Positions 1 through 13,059 of a stretch of DNA of 64,000 bases are shown in pieces (the stretch's first letter is position 1; each line of letters opens with the position of its first letter). Under the pieces are notes generated by a model, which saw nothing but the letters and a program-made list of their open reading frames with translations, did not search any database and was not told the DNA's origin. Origin of the DNA: Heteronotia binoei (taxonomy: Eukaryota); NCBI RefSeq assembly GCF_032191835.1, contig NC_083237.1:29698001-29762000 (forward strand), read 5' to 3'. The position numbers were made by a program, and so were the translations under genes.

Positions 1-3000
1 CTGGGCCCTGGCAGCTGCCCTGCCTCAAGATATGCTGACGCCAGCCCTACCCACTGGTGAGAAAAGTGAGATTCGATTGAAGCAAATAAACAAAAGAATA
101 CTTGGGATTGTATTGTAAATACACTTCATAGAATCATAGAGTTAGAAGGGACCTTCAGGGTCTAAAACTTAAACACTGTTGTTTAGGAGGGGGGGGACGA
201 CATTATAACAGCAATTTTGAATGCCAGACCTATTCCTATCCCAGCCCTTTTACCTGGGGAAAAGTGTGTGTGTGTGTACACATAGAGGCCTTCTCCCTGC
301 TGCTTGCTCTTAGCTCCATTCAGCTCCTCTTCCCCTTCTCAGAGCTAGGATCCATCCATGTGTTTTAATTCCATTTTGGCTCTGGCTGGTTTTTCCAAAA
401 GCTGAAAAGCTGGAAAAATACCGAGAAGGAAAGAAGGCAGGCCCAACTGTGGTTGGCAGGAGTGCATCTGGGCTGGGGAGGATGGCTCGGGGTGTGTTGC
501 GAGAAAACTGGCTCTGCTCTGCTGTTCCTAACCTGGCTTTGAGCAACTTTGGGTTTCCATCCAGGAAAAGTGAAGAATGGGAAAGAAAGATGGGAGGGGG
601 GGCTGCCAAATCATGGCCACCTCTTTCCTTTCTAAACTGGGGGTGGTGGGGGGGGATAGTTTCTAAGCCCTGCCATCTCAGTACAGTTCAACATTCCTAA
701 ATCAGTATATTTCCACACATACCCAGTTTCCTTTACTTTATTCTGAAACCCCAAACTACCAAATATGGGGTATGTGACATCATGACAGCCTGTGATGCTT
801 TTGATGTTCCTGACCTAATCTAGCCAAACTTAGTCCAGACTAACTGCTCCATCTCCCAGTTAACAGCTTCCAATAGCTGTTTCTAGGCATCTTCCAAGAT
901 GGCAGAATTCCTGAACAGCCTAACCTTTCCCCATAAAAGCATCCATCCAGGGCCTCTAAGGTGGTAGCCCCCCAAGCTAGACAGATTTCTTAAAATAAAT
1001 TGCCAACATACCCAGGGGTCATTTTGTGGAAAAAGAGGTGCCAGAGCTCACTAGCACAACTCATTTTCATAACTCATTTGTATATGCCACACGCTCCTGA
1101 CATCGCTGGAAAGTGTACTAAATTATATCAGCTCAGCATCGACCTTAAAATGCTTCTTGAATTATAATTCTCATAATAAACCTTACTCCCATCATACTTT
1201 TAAAATTGCTTTCTCCTATGACTCAGCCTTCCATCATCCGAGGTTGGTAAAATGAGTACCCAGCTTGCTGGGGGGAAAGTGTAGATGACTGGGGAAGGAA
1301 ATGGCAAACCACCCCGTAAAAAAGTCTGCTGTGAAAACGTCATAATGCGACGTCACCCCAGAGTCGAAACCTTTACCTTTTTATGTGGCCACAGTGGCAT
1401 GATGAAGATTTCCATCGATCTGTGTTCTTTGTTTTGGTTATTTTCCCATTTTTTGTGGGGGAAATTTTTAGAAAGTTTGTCAAATCGTAGAGGTCAGCAA
1501 AATTCTTACAGGGGGTTTGACCAATGGAGCCCAGAAGCAAGTATTTCTTTGGGGGGAGGGGGGAGCACAATAAAATTTAGAGGTTCTGGAGCTCTGCTTC
1601 TGTGAGCTTCTGCTCAAAATGAGGCCTGAACATACCACAAATTAGTGGGTGCCCCCCCCTCCGGCAACAAACCTAATATTTTACAGCTATCCCTAAAATT
1701 GCACAGAAACTATACACAATCTGATTACACACTATTTGTGTACTCCAGAGAGGGACTAACACAACAGGATCCCCTCCAAATAACTGCCGTATCCAACTTA
1801 AGACTGAGGTCTCAAATATCTTCTCATGTGCCACATCTGAGGTGCCACATCTGTAAATTCACAAAGTCTACAGCCACCGTGCCCTGCAACAGGCATGTCC
1901 CCACAAACTGGAGACTCCTCACAAGCATCCATGCCACAACCCCACTGAAAGTCTGTACCTTTATCAACCACCCACTCAATCCACAGCAGTGATTTCCCTC
2001 CACTTCTTCTGCCCTTCTCAAATAATATTCACTACCCGCGCCTCCCAAATTATGTGTCCTACAAAACAGACCGAAAAGTGGCCTTTTGCCAGAATGACAA
2101 TATCAGTTCCTGGAGAGTAAATATTATATGCCTTTCTTATATGTGGTATAGGAGCCCCCCACCCCTGCATTTCACCCCATTCCCTATAACCTTTCCTATA
2201 ACCGTAGGCTCTCTCTCCCTTGACATTCTTCACATCACTATTTTCATCCAATTTTAGTGCATACTCTGTGTTTTTTGGACACCCCTTTCTCCCCATTTCT
2301 TTTTTCCTCAGCAAATGCCCAGCCTGCAGTTCTTCTCCCCACTGGGAATAAGGGACACTTACCCTCTGAAGGGGCCCCCATCCTGCCTCTTCCTGCCCCC
2401 AAAGCAACAAATGGCGGCAGCTTTCAGCTGGGTGAGTGGGACGGCGGAGGGAAGAGGAGAGAAACTTGGGGCAGGTGCCAGGGAGGACTTAGCTGTGGCG
2501 CTCTCCCTTTGCTGCTGTCTCTCTCACACTCCCGCTGCTCGCTAGTTCTCCATCCGTGCCTGCCACACTCACTAATTCACAGCGCCTCCCTCCCTCGAGC
2601 GCTAGCTTCATCCAGCTACATCGACTGTTTATTCATCCATCTTCAAAGACTCTCCCTTTAAATGTGTAACCTAATCTCTATTCTCCTTATTTTCACTTGA
2701 TTTCTCTGTCCGCTCATCCCCCAAATATACGATTTCATTTTGTCATCTCTTTTTACGAGTTTTTATTAGGTTTAACTTTTTTCCCCTGTCTCAAACCATT
2801 GATTCATTTCCCCTCTAATACAATTTTCTTTTGGTCTGTCTAAGTTCTCTTGTATGTACCATAAAACAAGAGAGTGATTTCCATCCGTATGATATTTCTA
2901 TACAATAAACTGTTGGACTCCATTCATTAACATAGATCCTTCACTTGGGGAAATTTTTCCCCCATGCCTCAAATCTGCCAGGTCCAATACTCAGTAATAG

Positions 3001-3723
3001 TGTGTGTCATAAACCCCAAGAAACCAGCTGGTCTTCATGGTGTTCCGCAAGATTTTTTATTGTTATGGCTGCCACATGGCTACCACTCTGGCTTTCATTC
3101 TAAGGCAGAGTAGCCTGAACCAATAAAGAGATCTTAGCATTTGCACCCATGCAAGTTGCCTTTTCCTCTACCCCTTTATCTTTTCCTTTGCCCTCTCAAT
3201 TATCTGCCCTACATTTTCAAAACCACATGTATCCTTTTTCCTCAAATCCATTAGGAATGCATAAAGAAATCTTTATACCTTTAGAAAGTTCTAGAGGCAA
3301 ACCTCCCCTCTTTATCTTATCAATCTTCATAGAAATGCTGTGGGTGGGGTGAGGAAGATCACAATGGTTTCCTTTTTAACTGGCAGGAAAAACTGGCAAT
3401 GAGAACTCACAGCTTGCCCAGTGAGGCGGAATTTGAACCCAGCACTCCATCCCACTGGCTCACACTTTTCCCCCCATTGTGCACCGTTTGAACAAACTGT
3501 TTGTGATCCACTCCCCCTTCCCAAGTCTATCACTCTATGATGCTGACTCTCATTCTTCACTCTTTTCACCTACTTTCCCCCCTTGCACCCACACCCCGTT
3601 CCTTTGTGCCAGTTTCACTTACCCTTTCCCCCTTTCTCCTTCTCTCCGGCCTTTTCTTTCATGCCGCTGCCTTCAGTCCAGAAGACCCCAAGGCTGGAAA
3701 GAGGCTTGGCTGTTGGAGGATGA
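1..3723 (+). CDS. Unidentified candidate exon chain (1-56, 2312-2431, 3677-3723), Pro-rich peptide, 5' end outside window
   Basis: Donor GTGAGA at 57; 120-nt phase 1-1 exon with acceptor ttttcctcag and donor GTGAGT; third acceptor after a long pyrimidine tract. Only the phase-1 join is open: WALAAALPQDMLTPALPT-ANAQPAVLLPTGNKGHLPSEGAPILPLPAPKATNGGSFQL-VQKTPRLERGLAVGG*. No homology recognised. Confidence 0.25.
1219..1385 (+). mobile_element. Sauria SINE, 3' part
   Basis: gactcagccttccatc...gtaaaatgagtacccagcttgctggggg...ggcaaaccacccc, matching the full copies at 7121 and 25541. Confidence 0.75.
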
Positions 3724-4585
3724 ATTAGGCCTGGAAAATTCCTGGCTGGGGAATGTCAAACTTCAGAAGGGAAAGGGAGGGGGGGGGGTGACATTCATGC
3801 TCTGATTAACCCTTTGCTGCTAAAGCCATCATTCGTTATCTCATGGCCCCCCACCCAGACATGGAGGCATTGCTGTGGAGAAGCTCCCAGCGCTACTGTC
3901 CCCACACAGTGACCCTGGCAGGCAAAAAAGTTGTTTCCTATGTGCTGTCCCGGCACATTCCTGGCCACTCCACGCCCTGACAGCTGCCACAGCTGCACCC
4001 CTGGCCCTTTTCCAAAGCTCTGGGGAGTGAGGTTCTTCCATTCCAGGGTGACATCGCATATACATGCGGGCAGGCAGCAGATTTCAAATGTTTTACTAAG
4101 GTGGTTATGCAGGGGAGAGGCTGTCTTGCCAATAGATTTTTCTCTTTGTTCAGGACGCCAAAAGTAAAAAAATCCACTGCAGTTATTTAGGCTACATTCT
4201 CAGAGATGAAAGGAAATCTAACAGCCTATCCAAAATACCAATAACTGTAAAAAATCAGGACGTTCCGTGGAGTTTCAAAAGCAACAAAAATTAGGCCAGT
4301 TATTAATACATGTCTGTGTCTGTGCTGGCATTCAGAATTTTTGTTCTGTATGTAAACACATTTGTTTGTTTGTGTGCATGCAGTTTTATTTCAGTTTTTG
4401 GCAAGAATTAGAAAAGGAAGATGGGAACATTTGGAGCATTTCCTGGAAGTTTTTAGGGATTGGGAACAGAAGCAACCAGTTTCTGTGTCCAGGATAGTTC
4501 CAACCCCTTTAACTGCAGGGATTCCTATCCATTCCTCTGCCTTGAACAAAAATTGGCTCACACAGTTTTAGTGATTTATCCCTAC

Positions 4586-5031
4586 CTGGGCTGGCCCTCC
4601 CGCTAGGCAAACCAGGCAGTTGCCTAGGGCGCCGAGAGGCGGGGGGGCAGCAAATTGGGCTCTTGCCCCCCCTCCAGTGCCCCAGGCAAGCGCTTAGCTT
4701 GCCTCCCTCCCCGTCGCTGCTGATGCTAGCCCCCTCTGGGCTGCCACCGCCGGCCCCCCTTGCGCAGGCGCGAGCTGCTCGCCAGCTAAGCTTACTTTTA
4801 GCCAGCAAGCCCGAGGGGGAAGGGAAGGGAATGAGTGGAGCGCTGCTGCTTTTAGTGGTGGCGGGCAGGCAAGCGGAGCGCTGGGGAGGGGTGGGTGGGA
4901 CACTGCGCCGGGGGGGAGGGAAGGGGGCATGGAGCCATGGGGGCGAGCCTGGGGGTGCTTTGGGGGGGGAGCCTTGGGGGCGCCAGGCAGCAAGTCTGCC
5001 TAGGGCACCCCAGGGCGTCGGGCCGGCCCTG
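4586..5031. mobile_element. GC-rich non-autonomous DNA transposon (MITE-like)
   Basis: Approximate inverted termini gggctggccc / gggccggccctg; subterminal ctaggcaaa...tgcctagggcgcc motif also seen at about 9780 and 53957-54113. Confidence 0.5.
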
Positions 5032-6429
5032 CTTTCTACAGCTACCGGGACTAGGCACTTACTGAAATGAAATCTTTAACTTCTAAAGGCTCCAAATTCA
5101 ATATATTCGGTGTTGTATTCAGTGTGTCAGCGAGATGGTCAAGCAAAATCCAGGCCTCCCTGTGTATTGTCACCAATGACTTCTGCTGAGTCCGTTTTAC
5201 ACCCTCCTGCCATAGCAACTGCAACCCCTTCCTGCTGTTGCAGATCACTGGGCTGGGCTACACAGAAAGCCAGGGGCAGCCCCACACTGTCTCCAGAGAA
5301 AGAGCTGGAGAGGAAAGAGTAGGATCCCATCTCAGCTTCCTTCAATCTGCATATTCAGTGGTAGTCCAAACCTATAAATATCCCCTCATCCTTCTCCCAC
5401 ACCCGTCGCCTGGCTCAGCCTCTGAGAGCAGGAATTCACAAGCCGTCTATTTTGAGGGAGGTTTCTGGTTTCAGCAGCTAGTTGCTACCATTTTGAGGGC
5501 CTGAACCACCTGGAGAATAGGCTGGTTCAAAGAAGAAAACTGGATCTTGTTTTTCTCCCCCCTCTCTGCAGGGTAGTCAACATACCCTGAGTGGGGGGAG
5601 CTGCCCAGGCCTAGGACTTCCAGGAGGGGCCATTGCTGACATTCTCCCCTACTCACTTGCTAGCACTCTGCCGCCCATCTTTGCACACTTCCCAGGGACA
5701 GGGGTTGCAGGAGGTGCAGGTGGCTGTAAGCCTGGGCAGCAGGAGGCCTCACAGGCAGGTGGGAGGCATGAGGAGGGGTGGAAGGGAAAGAGGGTGTGAG
5801 CAGGGCCTGGTAGTTGGCAGAGGAGGGGAAGTGGGGGCCTTGGGAACTCTCTGCCCCAGGGGGCCTCCTAAAACCTGAACCCAGCCCTGATTTGAGGAGG
5901 AGGGTATACCAGGAAACCCCAGGGAACAGCTGGTATTATTAGGGGGCTAAGACTTTTCCTGAAGCTCAGATGTAGCAGAAGGATAAGAGAACCAGAGATT
6001 TGTGGTAACTAAATGAGGGAAAGAAGCTTGGTTTCCATTCCAGATATATTAGGGATCATGGGTGCCTTAGCCCTGGAAGTTCTGGAACCCAGATGCAGCC
6101 TGGTAGAGATTTCCTCTCATTGTGTCATTTCCAAAGTATGAGGGCAACAGAACTGTTTTTACATGTCTTTTTTTGGTGAGCTGGCATTCTGCAATCCACT
6201 GCGTACAACAGCTGGCATTCAAGATGGAAATTGCAAGCCTCTCAACGCCACCTGCCAATTTGTAATTTGTATTTTTTGCAGCCATTGTTCAGGCCTCTGC
6301 CAATGCAATGCAAAATACACATTCATTCTCTGTTTCCTGGCTTTTGAAATGAAGCCCAATCAGCACCATTACTCCTAGGTAGTGTTCCTTCTAAGCTGTG
6401 TTAATGTAAACTAGCTCACAGTTTGTTAT

Positions 6430-6965
6430 AGGGTTGCCACGTCCAATTCAAGAAATATCTGGGGACTTTGGGGGTGGAGCCAGGAGACTTTGAGGGTGGA
6501 GCCAGGAGACATTAGGGTAGAGCTATGATCAAGGCTGCGACAAGCATAATTGAACTCCAATTATGGCCATCACATTTAAAGGGTCGGCACACCTTTTCAA
6601 TGCCTTCCTTCCATAGGAAATAATGAAGGATAGGGGCACCTTCTTTTAGGGTTCATAGAATTGGACCCCTTGGTCCAAACTTTTTGAAACTTGGGGGGTA
6701 TTTTGGGGAGAGGCACTAGATGCTATACTGAAAATTTGGTGCCTCTACCCCAAAAAACAGCCCCCCCCCCAGAGCCCCAGATACCCACAGATCAATTCTC
6801 CACGATTTTCTATGGGAATAAATCTCCATAGGAAATAACAGAGTTCCCAGCAGACATTTCCCTCCCCTCCCCCTGCTTTCTGATGACCCTGAAGCAGGGG
6901 AAGGGCCTCCAAACTGGGGGAACCCCTGCCCCCACACACCCTGGTACCAAGCCAGCTGGAACTGC
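6430..6965. repeat. Unclassified interspersed repeat (tagggttgcc... family)
   Basis: Related sequence recurs at about 39410-39592, 44147-44342, 49428-49600 and 51720-51840. Confidence 0.5.
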
Positions 6966-7120
6966 ATTCCTGCTAAAAAAAAAAAGCCCTGCTCCTACGT
7001 AACTCCTACTGAAGCTGCTCACACAGTTCAGGTATTTTTACTTGAGTGCAACCTTGGGGGTTTAGCTTGGAAGAGACCCTTTGTGTAGCTTTCTTTTCAA
7101 GGCTGCTCTATCATTTTTAT

Positions 7121-7418
7121 AAGAGCCCCGTAGCGCAGTGTGTTAAAGCTGCAGTACTGCAGTCCTAAGCTCTGCTCACGACCTGAGTCCGATCCCTGGT
7201 GGAAGCTGGGTTTTCAGGTAGCCAGCTCGAGGTTGACTCAGCCTTCCATCCCTACGAGGTCAGTAAAATGAGTACCCAGCTTGCTGGAGGGAAAGAGTAG
7301 ATGACTGGGGAAGGCAGTGGCAAACCACCTCGTAAAAAGTCTGCCATGAAAACGTGAGAGCAATGTCACCCCAGAGTCGGAAACGACTAGTGCTTGCACA
7401 GGAGACCTTTCCTTTCCT
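7121..7418 (+). mobile_element. Sauria SINE (Squam1-like), near full length
   Basis: tRNA-like head aagagccccgtagcgcagtg, conserved core and (ccttt)n tail; similar along its length to 25541-25835. Confidence 0.85.
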
Positions 7419-10285
7419 ATCATTTTAACCTTTACTGGCCATTTATTTACTTTATTTATATCCCAACTTCCCCCCAATGGGGACTGTGGAGAAACGCCAT
7501 CTTAGTTAATGTTGGTGCTTCATTGGAAGGGAACATTAAACTACTAAAGCAGGCTTTGGCCTAGCCTCTCTTCATCCCCTCCTCCCTTCCAGAGTTAAAC
7601 CAGCGACTCTAGGGGGATAGCCTCCTAGAGGGGCAGGAAGTTCTTTTGTTTTATTTATTTGAGTTAGGCGGGAAAAGGCCAGTTCTCAGCTGGCGCTCAA
7701 AGGAAGAGGTTGCCAGTGTGGGGGCTCTTGCCTGTGGGAGAGGCCTACTCAAGAGGAAAAGGACCCCAAGCAGTCAGACCGAGTAAGTCATCCACAAGGC
7801 AGGGCACGTTTAGACCAGGGACAGTAGGATGCGTTTAAATCCACCTTTTATTTGTCATGCTGGTTGCTGTGCGGGTGCTGTGCTGTGCTAAACTTTTACA
7901 TGCAACTGTTTTTGTTTTGTTTCTCTTTTCTTTTTCTCCTTTAATTAAATATTTTTACTGTTTTGAATGCTGGCAGTCAAACTCTGTACCACATAGATCC
8001 CCAACCGCTTTAGACCACACTTTATGAAGGGGGCCCCGGGGAAAGGGGGAAGGCCTGTGGTTGGATAAGGTGCCAATCCTCCAGGGGTTCCCTGAAGAAG
8101 TGCTGTGGTCTCTGTGAATCCCAAGTACAGGGTGGCAGAGGACCGCCTGGGCTCAGAGCTGGAGAGGGGGATTGGGAGTCCTGTTCCTCTCAATCCGAAC
8201 CCCTAGACTGAGCAGGTGGTGGCAGCGAGCCCAAGTGGCCGAAGGAGAAATAGCTCCCTCCAGGAGTTGGTGACTCAATAGGGAGTTGACGGGACTGGGT
8301 CTGAAGGCAGAATTGGGCCGGTTCCGTCACAGGGACCAAAGCGGCTTACGTAGTTCTTCCCTCCTGCAGCTTATCCTCACAACAACCTTGTGAGGTAGGT
8401 TAGGCTCAGAATGTGTGACTAGCCCAGGGTCGCCCAGCAAACTTCCATGGCAGAGTGGGAATTCAAACCTACGTTTCCCAGATCCTAGTTTGCCACTTTA
8501 ACCATTACACCATGCTGTTTCTCTATTATGACCTACTTGGGCCCCAGAAGAAGGCTAAGCAATCCTTTTAAAAATATTGAGAAAGGAATTAGCTGAAGAG
8601 TAGGATGCTAGTCCATACAACTATTTTTTGTGATTTTCCTATAAGCCACAATACAGAGTCCATCGAAAATTCATCTTCCCAAAGCAAAACTCCCTCTTTA
8701 CACTTTTTTTTAGACGGGTGCATCAATACAGACGGTTTTCTGTGCCTTGGCTTCCAAAATGCAGCGAGTTGTTTTGTCGCATCCACATGACGTTGTCTTC
8801 CAATAATTCACTTTCCAGGCTTTCTCCATTCTTGGCATGTCCTTTCTCAAACCTGATCTGCTATGATCTTTCCATAAAGAATGCAGTCCAAGCACCTCAG
8901 CAAGCTGTCTGAAAAGGAAGGTGCACATTTCCATAGGTCCCACTCACACTAGTGCTATTTTCTTTCCATCAGCCGATCAGTAATTGCTATCGCACTGTTA
9001 ACACAATGATCCATTTCCGCAATTTATTAGTTCCTCTGAATTTTCAGCTTTGTTTAAAAACAAACAAAAAGGGGTTCCTCTCATACCTCTGGAACAAAAA
9101 GGGCACCAGTTTCTTTTTCAATAAATGGAAGCCAGGAATTCAAAAGGAGTAGATCATAGCAAGAGATCATCATGGCATTATTTCACTATAAAGCAATATC
9201 AATCAATAATTTCTTAAAAACCTCTGGGAATATGGGGAGGGATGCAGGAAAAAATGGTTGCTGACAGAGGAAAATGTGCACAAAACTCCCATTTGCATGC
9301 TCCACTGCTCCTGTGACTACCTGTGGAGTCATAGCAGCTATGGAAAACAGAATCCTTGCTCTGTGAATGTAGCCTTGAGAGATACTTACTTTGTAATAAT
9401 CATAAAGAGCCTCGCAGCACCGTAAACACTTGATTGTGGCATTTGCTTTTGTGATCACTTTGTCAGAGGCACAAAACCACAATCAATTCATGAACCTTTA
9501 CTGTGCCATAAGATTCCATGCTATTTTCGGCTGTATTTTGGAATTTACCTTATGATGACTTTGGGACCCCTTAAGTAATCATGCACGGCACATACTGTAA
9601 GGTTCCAGGCTTCACACGAGAAGAAATGCTAATTATAACACAACTAAGCACAGATTAAAAATACCTTAGTACATATTTCCTCAAAATAGTTGTCCGTTTG
9701 GATTCCTGCAATCACACTGCATGAAAAGGACAGGCTCCCAGGCTGATTTGTGGCAGCCCAAAGATTACATTAGAGCAAACAGGGCCAGCGCATGGGAATA
9801 AGCAAACTAGGCAAATGCCTAGGGTGCCAGCTCCCAGCAGGGGCGGGCACCCCCTCCCCACTCGCGCCATCCCCTAATCTTCAAGCCAAACTCTGCGAGC
9901 GTTCCAGAGGGAAACCAACCAGAGTTTTTTCTTGGCTATAAGGGGTCAGGAGAGCTCCCGACCCCTTAAAGCCAAAAAACCAGGGCTTCCCCTCTCTACT
10001 GCCTGCAAAGCGCTGCAGAGGGGACGTGCTGAGTGCCTGGTATGATGACATCACCTCTTGGTGACATCATCATGCTGTGTGCACACAAAGCATGCGCGCA
10101 AGAAATCTACTTGGAGAGGCATATGTTGGGGTTCTGCCTCAGGCGACAGAACCCCACACACCAGGCCCGAGAGCAAAGACCTGTTTCTAGTAGCAAAATA
10201 CCCACAGTGCAAATCAATGGGAGGCCCACAACCCTTCTTTCCAAGTAATTTTTCTGGCCTGAAACAATCCCAAAGTGGTGGTGGT

Positions 10286-10793
10286 CAGTGTTCCCTCTAA
10301 ACTGCAGAGTATTGTGAGCAAAAATTCTACTTTGTGAGCTACTGGCGTTAAAGTTGTGAGCTACTGGCATTAACCTTGTGAGCTACTGTGTAAAGAAGAC
10401 GAAGTAGATATTGGATTTATATCCCGCCCTCCACTCCGAAGAGTCTCAGAGCGGCTCACAATCTCCTTTACCTTCCTCCCCCACAAGAGACACCCTGTGA
10501 GGTGGGTGGGGCTGGAGAGGGCTCTCACAGCAGCTGCCCTTTCAAGGATAACCTCTGCCAGAGCTATGGCTGAGCTAGCAGGTGCAAGTGGAGGAGTGGG
10601 GAATCAAACCCGGTTTTCCCAGATAAGAGTCCGCACATTTGACCACTACACCAAACCGGCTCTCCACACCAAACTGGATCTCCAAATTAGTGTGCTCTGA
10701 GGCCATCCTTCCTGAGCTAAGACAAAAATGTGTGAGCTGGAAGCTAAAAATCTGTGAGCTAGCTCACACTAACTCAGCTTAGAGGGAACACTG
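10286..10793. mobile_element. hAT-type MITE (TIR cagtgttccctcta) with a nested L2-tailed SINE (about 10390-10670, minus strand)
   Basis: TIRs cagtgttccctcta / tagagggaacactg; 8-bp TSD GTGGTGGT at 10278-10285 and 10794-10801. Sister copies at 12468-12660, 29730-29897 and 60107-60299. Confidence 0.8.
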
Positions 10794-11320
10794 GTGGTGG
10801 TGGTATGTGCCCAGCTAAGTAAACTTATGTGCAGGCTGTGGCTTGGTAGGAGAGCATCTGCTTGGCATGCAGACAATCCCAGGTTCTATCCCCAGCAGCT
10901 CCGATTGAAAGGGACCAGGTGTCAAGCATGCGGTTTCAATGACCAGTCGAGTTTGATACAAAACTACGTTTATTGATAGACTGATACTTTCAGTGTAACA
11001 GATTCTTGAGAGTGATGCTAAAGATACACTGATACAATACTTTAAAGGCTTACTTCAAAAGGATTGCAAAAGGTGGGGGCGAGGGATGCGCTCTCACACA
11101 TAAACTATCATAAATGTCTACATTCTCATGGCGTTATCAGTATCTCGTCCTTGCTTTCCCCAGATGTGTCACACTCCCTAACAGGAATGTATGGGAAGGT
11201 ACTGATTACTCTTTCTCAAGTTAGTTTTGTTTCTCTCCACTTCTACTTTGCAAACAATAAAGTAAGAAGGGGGAGGGGGAAAGAATAACAACGCTAACAA
11301 ACCTTGGCCCTCCATATTTC

Positions 11321-11475
11321 ACAGACCAGCTTTATGGAGGACCCTAAAACAATCAATTACCATGCTTGACACCAGGTAGTAAGTAAAATGGTGGAAGACA
11401 GGAGGGCCTGGCGTGACTTTGTCCATAGGGTCACAAAGAGTCGGACTCAACTGTGTGACTGAACAACAACAAAAG
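11321..11475 (+). mobile_element. BovB (RTE) 3' tail fragment
   Basis: gaagacagggagggcctggcgtg...gtccatagggtcacaaagagtcggactcaactg...tgaacaacaacaa is the characteristic BovB 3' end. Confidence 0.7.
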
Positions 11476-12760
11476 TAGGTAAAAGACTTTGGAGAGCTGC
11501 TGCCTATCTGAGTAGACAATACTGACCTTGATGGACTAAGTATGAGGCACAGTCACAGGAAGGCTTAAGCTCTTGTCTACCCATGCACCCCTGGCTCAGT
11601 CTGAATCATCTCCCCACCTTTAACCTGGGAACTGAGCTCCAGGCATTGAAATCACAGCACATGTCTAATCACCAAAGCTCTTGGAGGGGTGGGGTGCAAG
11701 GAAAATGCAACACACACTTAGGCCCTAGCTAAACTGCCAAGTATGGAGTAGCCATCAGAGTATTAGGCTAGAGGCAGGGAGGCTTGGGATCATATCCTCC
11801 CATAGCCATGGAGGTCACTGGGCAATCTGGAATGCATTGTTTTCACTCTAACAGGCTGCATAGAGTTGCTGTGGGGATAAAACAGAGAAGTGGAGAACAC
11901 CATGGTTGCCATTCTGAATTCCTAGGAGGAAGGATGGCATTTCTCTTATATATATAGTCAGAAGCCAGCACATCAAAAGTGGTTTAAGGAGCTTTGTGAT
12001 CTGAAGAACGGGGCTGGGATAGAACTAAGTCAAAATCTGGTCCAGAAGATAGATCTTTAAACTTAATCTGGGTCCCTCTGCTAAGTCTCCTTGACTGGCC
12101 AGGGGGAAATCATTGTTCACGCATTTCCAGTCTGAAAACTGGGAATGTTTTCTCCCTGTTCTAAACAAAGAGAATATTGTGACATACATAAACAATGGGC
12201 AGCTGGTGTTAGTAAAGCTCTTAATAAAAAGAGAATTGTACTAATGCAGCAAGGCCACACTGAAACGCACATGCTAATGTCACGCATGAGAATCTACATT
12301 TAGGTTTTGTTTCCTGCTGTTTTATGCATCCAAAGGCTTCCCATGGTGACAGGTGCTCCGAGAACCAACACAGGATAGCAGCCAAAGCTGCAACTGTACT
12401 CTGTGTGTAATTCCTTGGCAGTAAGCCCCATTATCTCAATTCTGTGTAGATTTATAGACCAAACGGTCAGTGTTCCCTCTAAGCTGAGTTAGTATGAGCT
12501 AGCTCACAGTTTTTTAACCTCTAGCTCACACATTTTTTGTCTTAACTCAGGAAAAATGGCCCCAGATCATACTAATTTATGCAGAAGCTCACAACTTTAA
12601 TGCCAGTAGCTCAAGGAGTAGAATTTTTGCTCACAAGACTCCGCAGCTTCCAGGAAGTATTTTAAGCGGTCCCTATTTTAGATCTTGTTTTTACAACGAA
12701 CTCACCAGGTGGTCTTCGGATGCCCCCACCCACCCGGAGACCTGCAAATGATACCAAATT

Positions 12761-12860
12761 CCCCGTCTGATGAAGTGTGCTTGGAGCACACGAAAGCTTC
12801 CGTTCTGAATAAAACTTTGTTGGTCTTAAGCGTGCAACTTGACCCCTACTTTGTTCTACG
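12761..12860 (+). mobile_element. Penelope-like element terminal relic with a minimal hammerhead-like motif
   Basis: CTGATGA(12767-12773)-A-GTGTGC-ttgga-GCACAC-GAAA(12792-12795)-GCTT followed by gaataaaactttgttggtctt; same family at 38440-38575 (-), 38728-38820, 53777-53860 and 56510-56580. Confidence 0.6.
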
Positions 12861-13059
12861 GCTGCCCACTTGGATCTATTTTTTGGAAATGGAGAACATT
12901 TCGACCTTCCAAGCGATAACAGATTTAAAGGATACAATAGTTTAGCGGCACCCTCATTATTCTACATGTGCGAGCCAGGCCTTACTCTTGCCATTCCAAA
13001 TAACTTCATAAGAATTCTATTCCTGGAATGCATAAACTCCGACAAACTTAATACTCCCA

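Noticed and set aside
5657-5870. Minus-strand exon-like segment with aagATGG and donor GTGAGT (MGGRVLA)
   Set aside because: No compatible downstream exon giving a recognisable protein; insufficient support.
7121-7200. tRNA-like A/B-box sequences in SINE heads
   Set aside because: No cloverleaf; these are SINE promoters, not tRNA genes.
10330-10390. Short tandem gtgagctactgg units resembling a repeat-spacer array
   Set aside because: Internal repeats of the hAT MITE in eukaryotic DNA, with no unique spacers or cas genes; not CRISPR.
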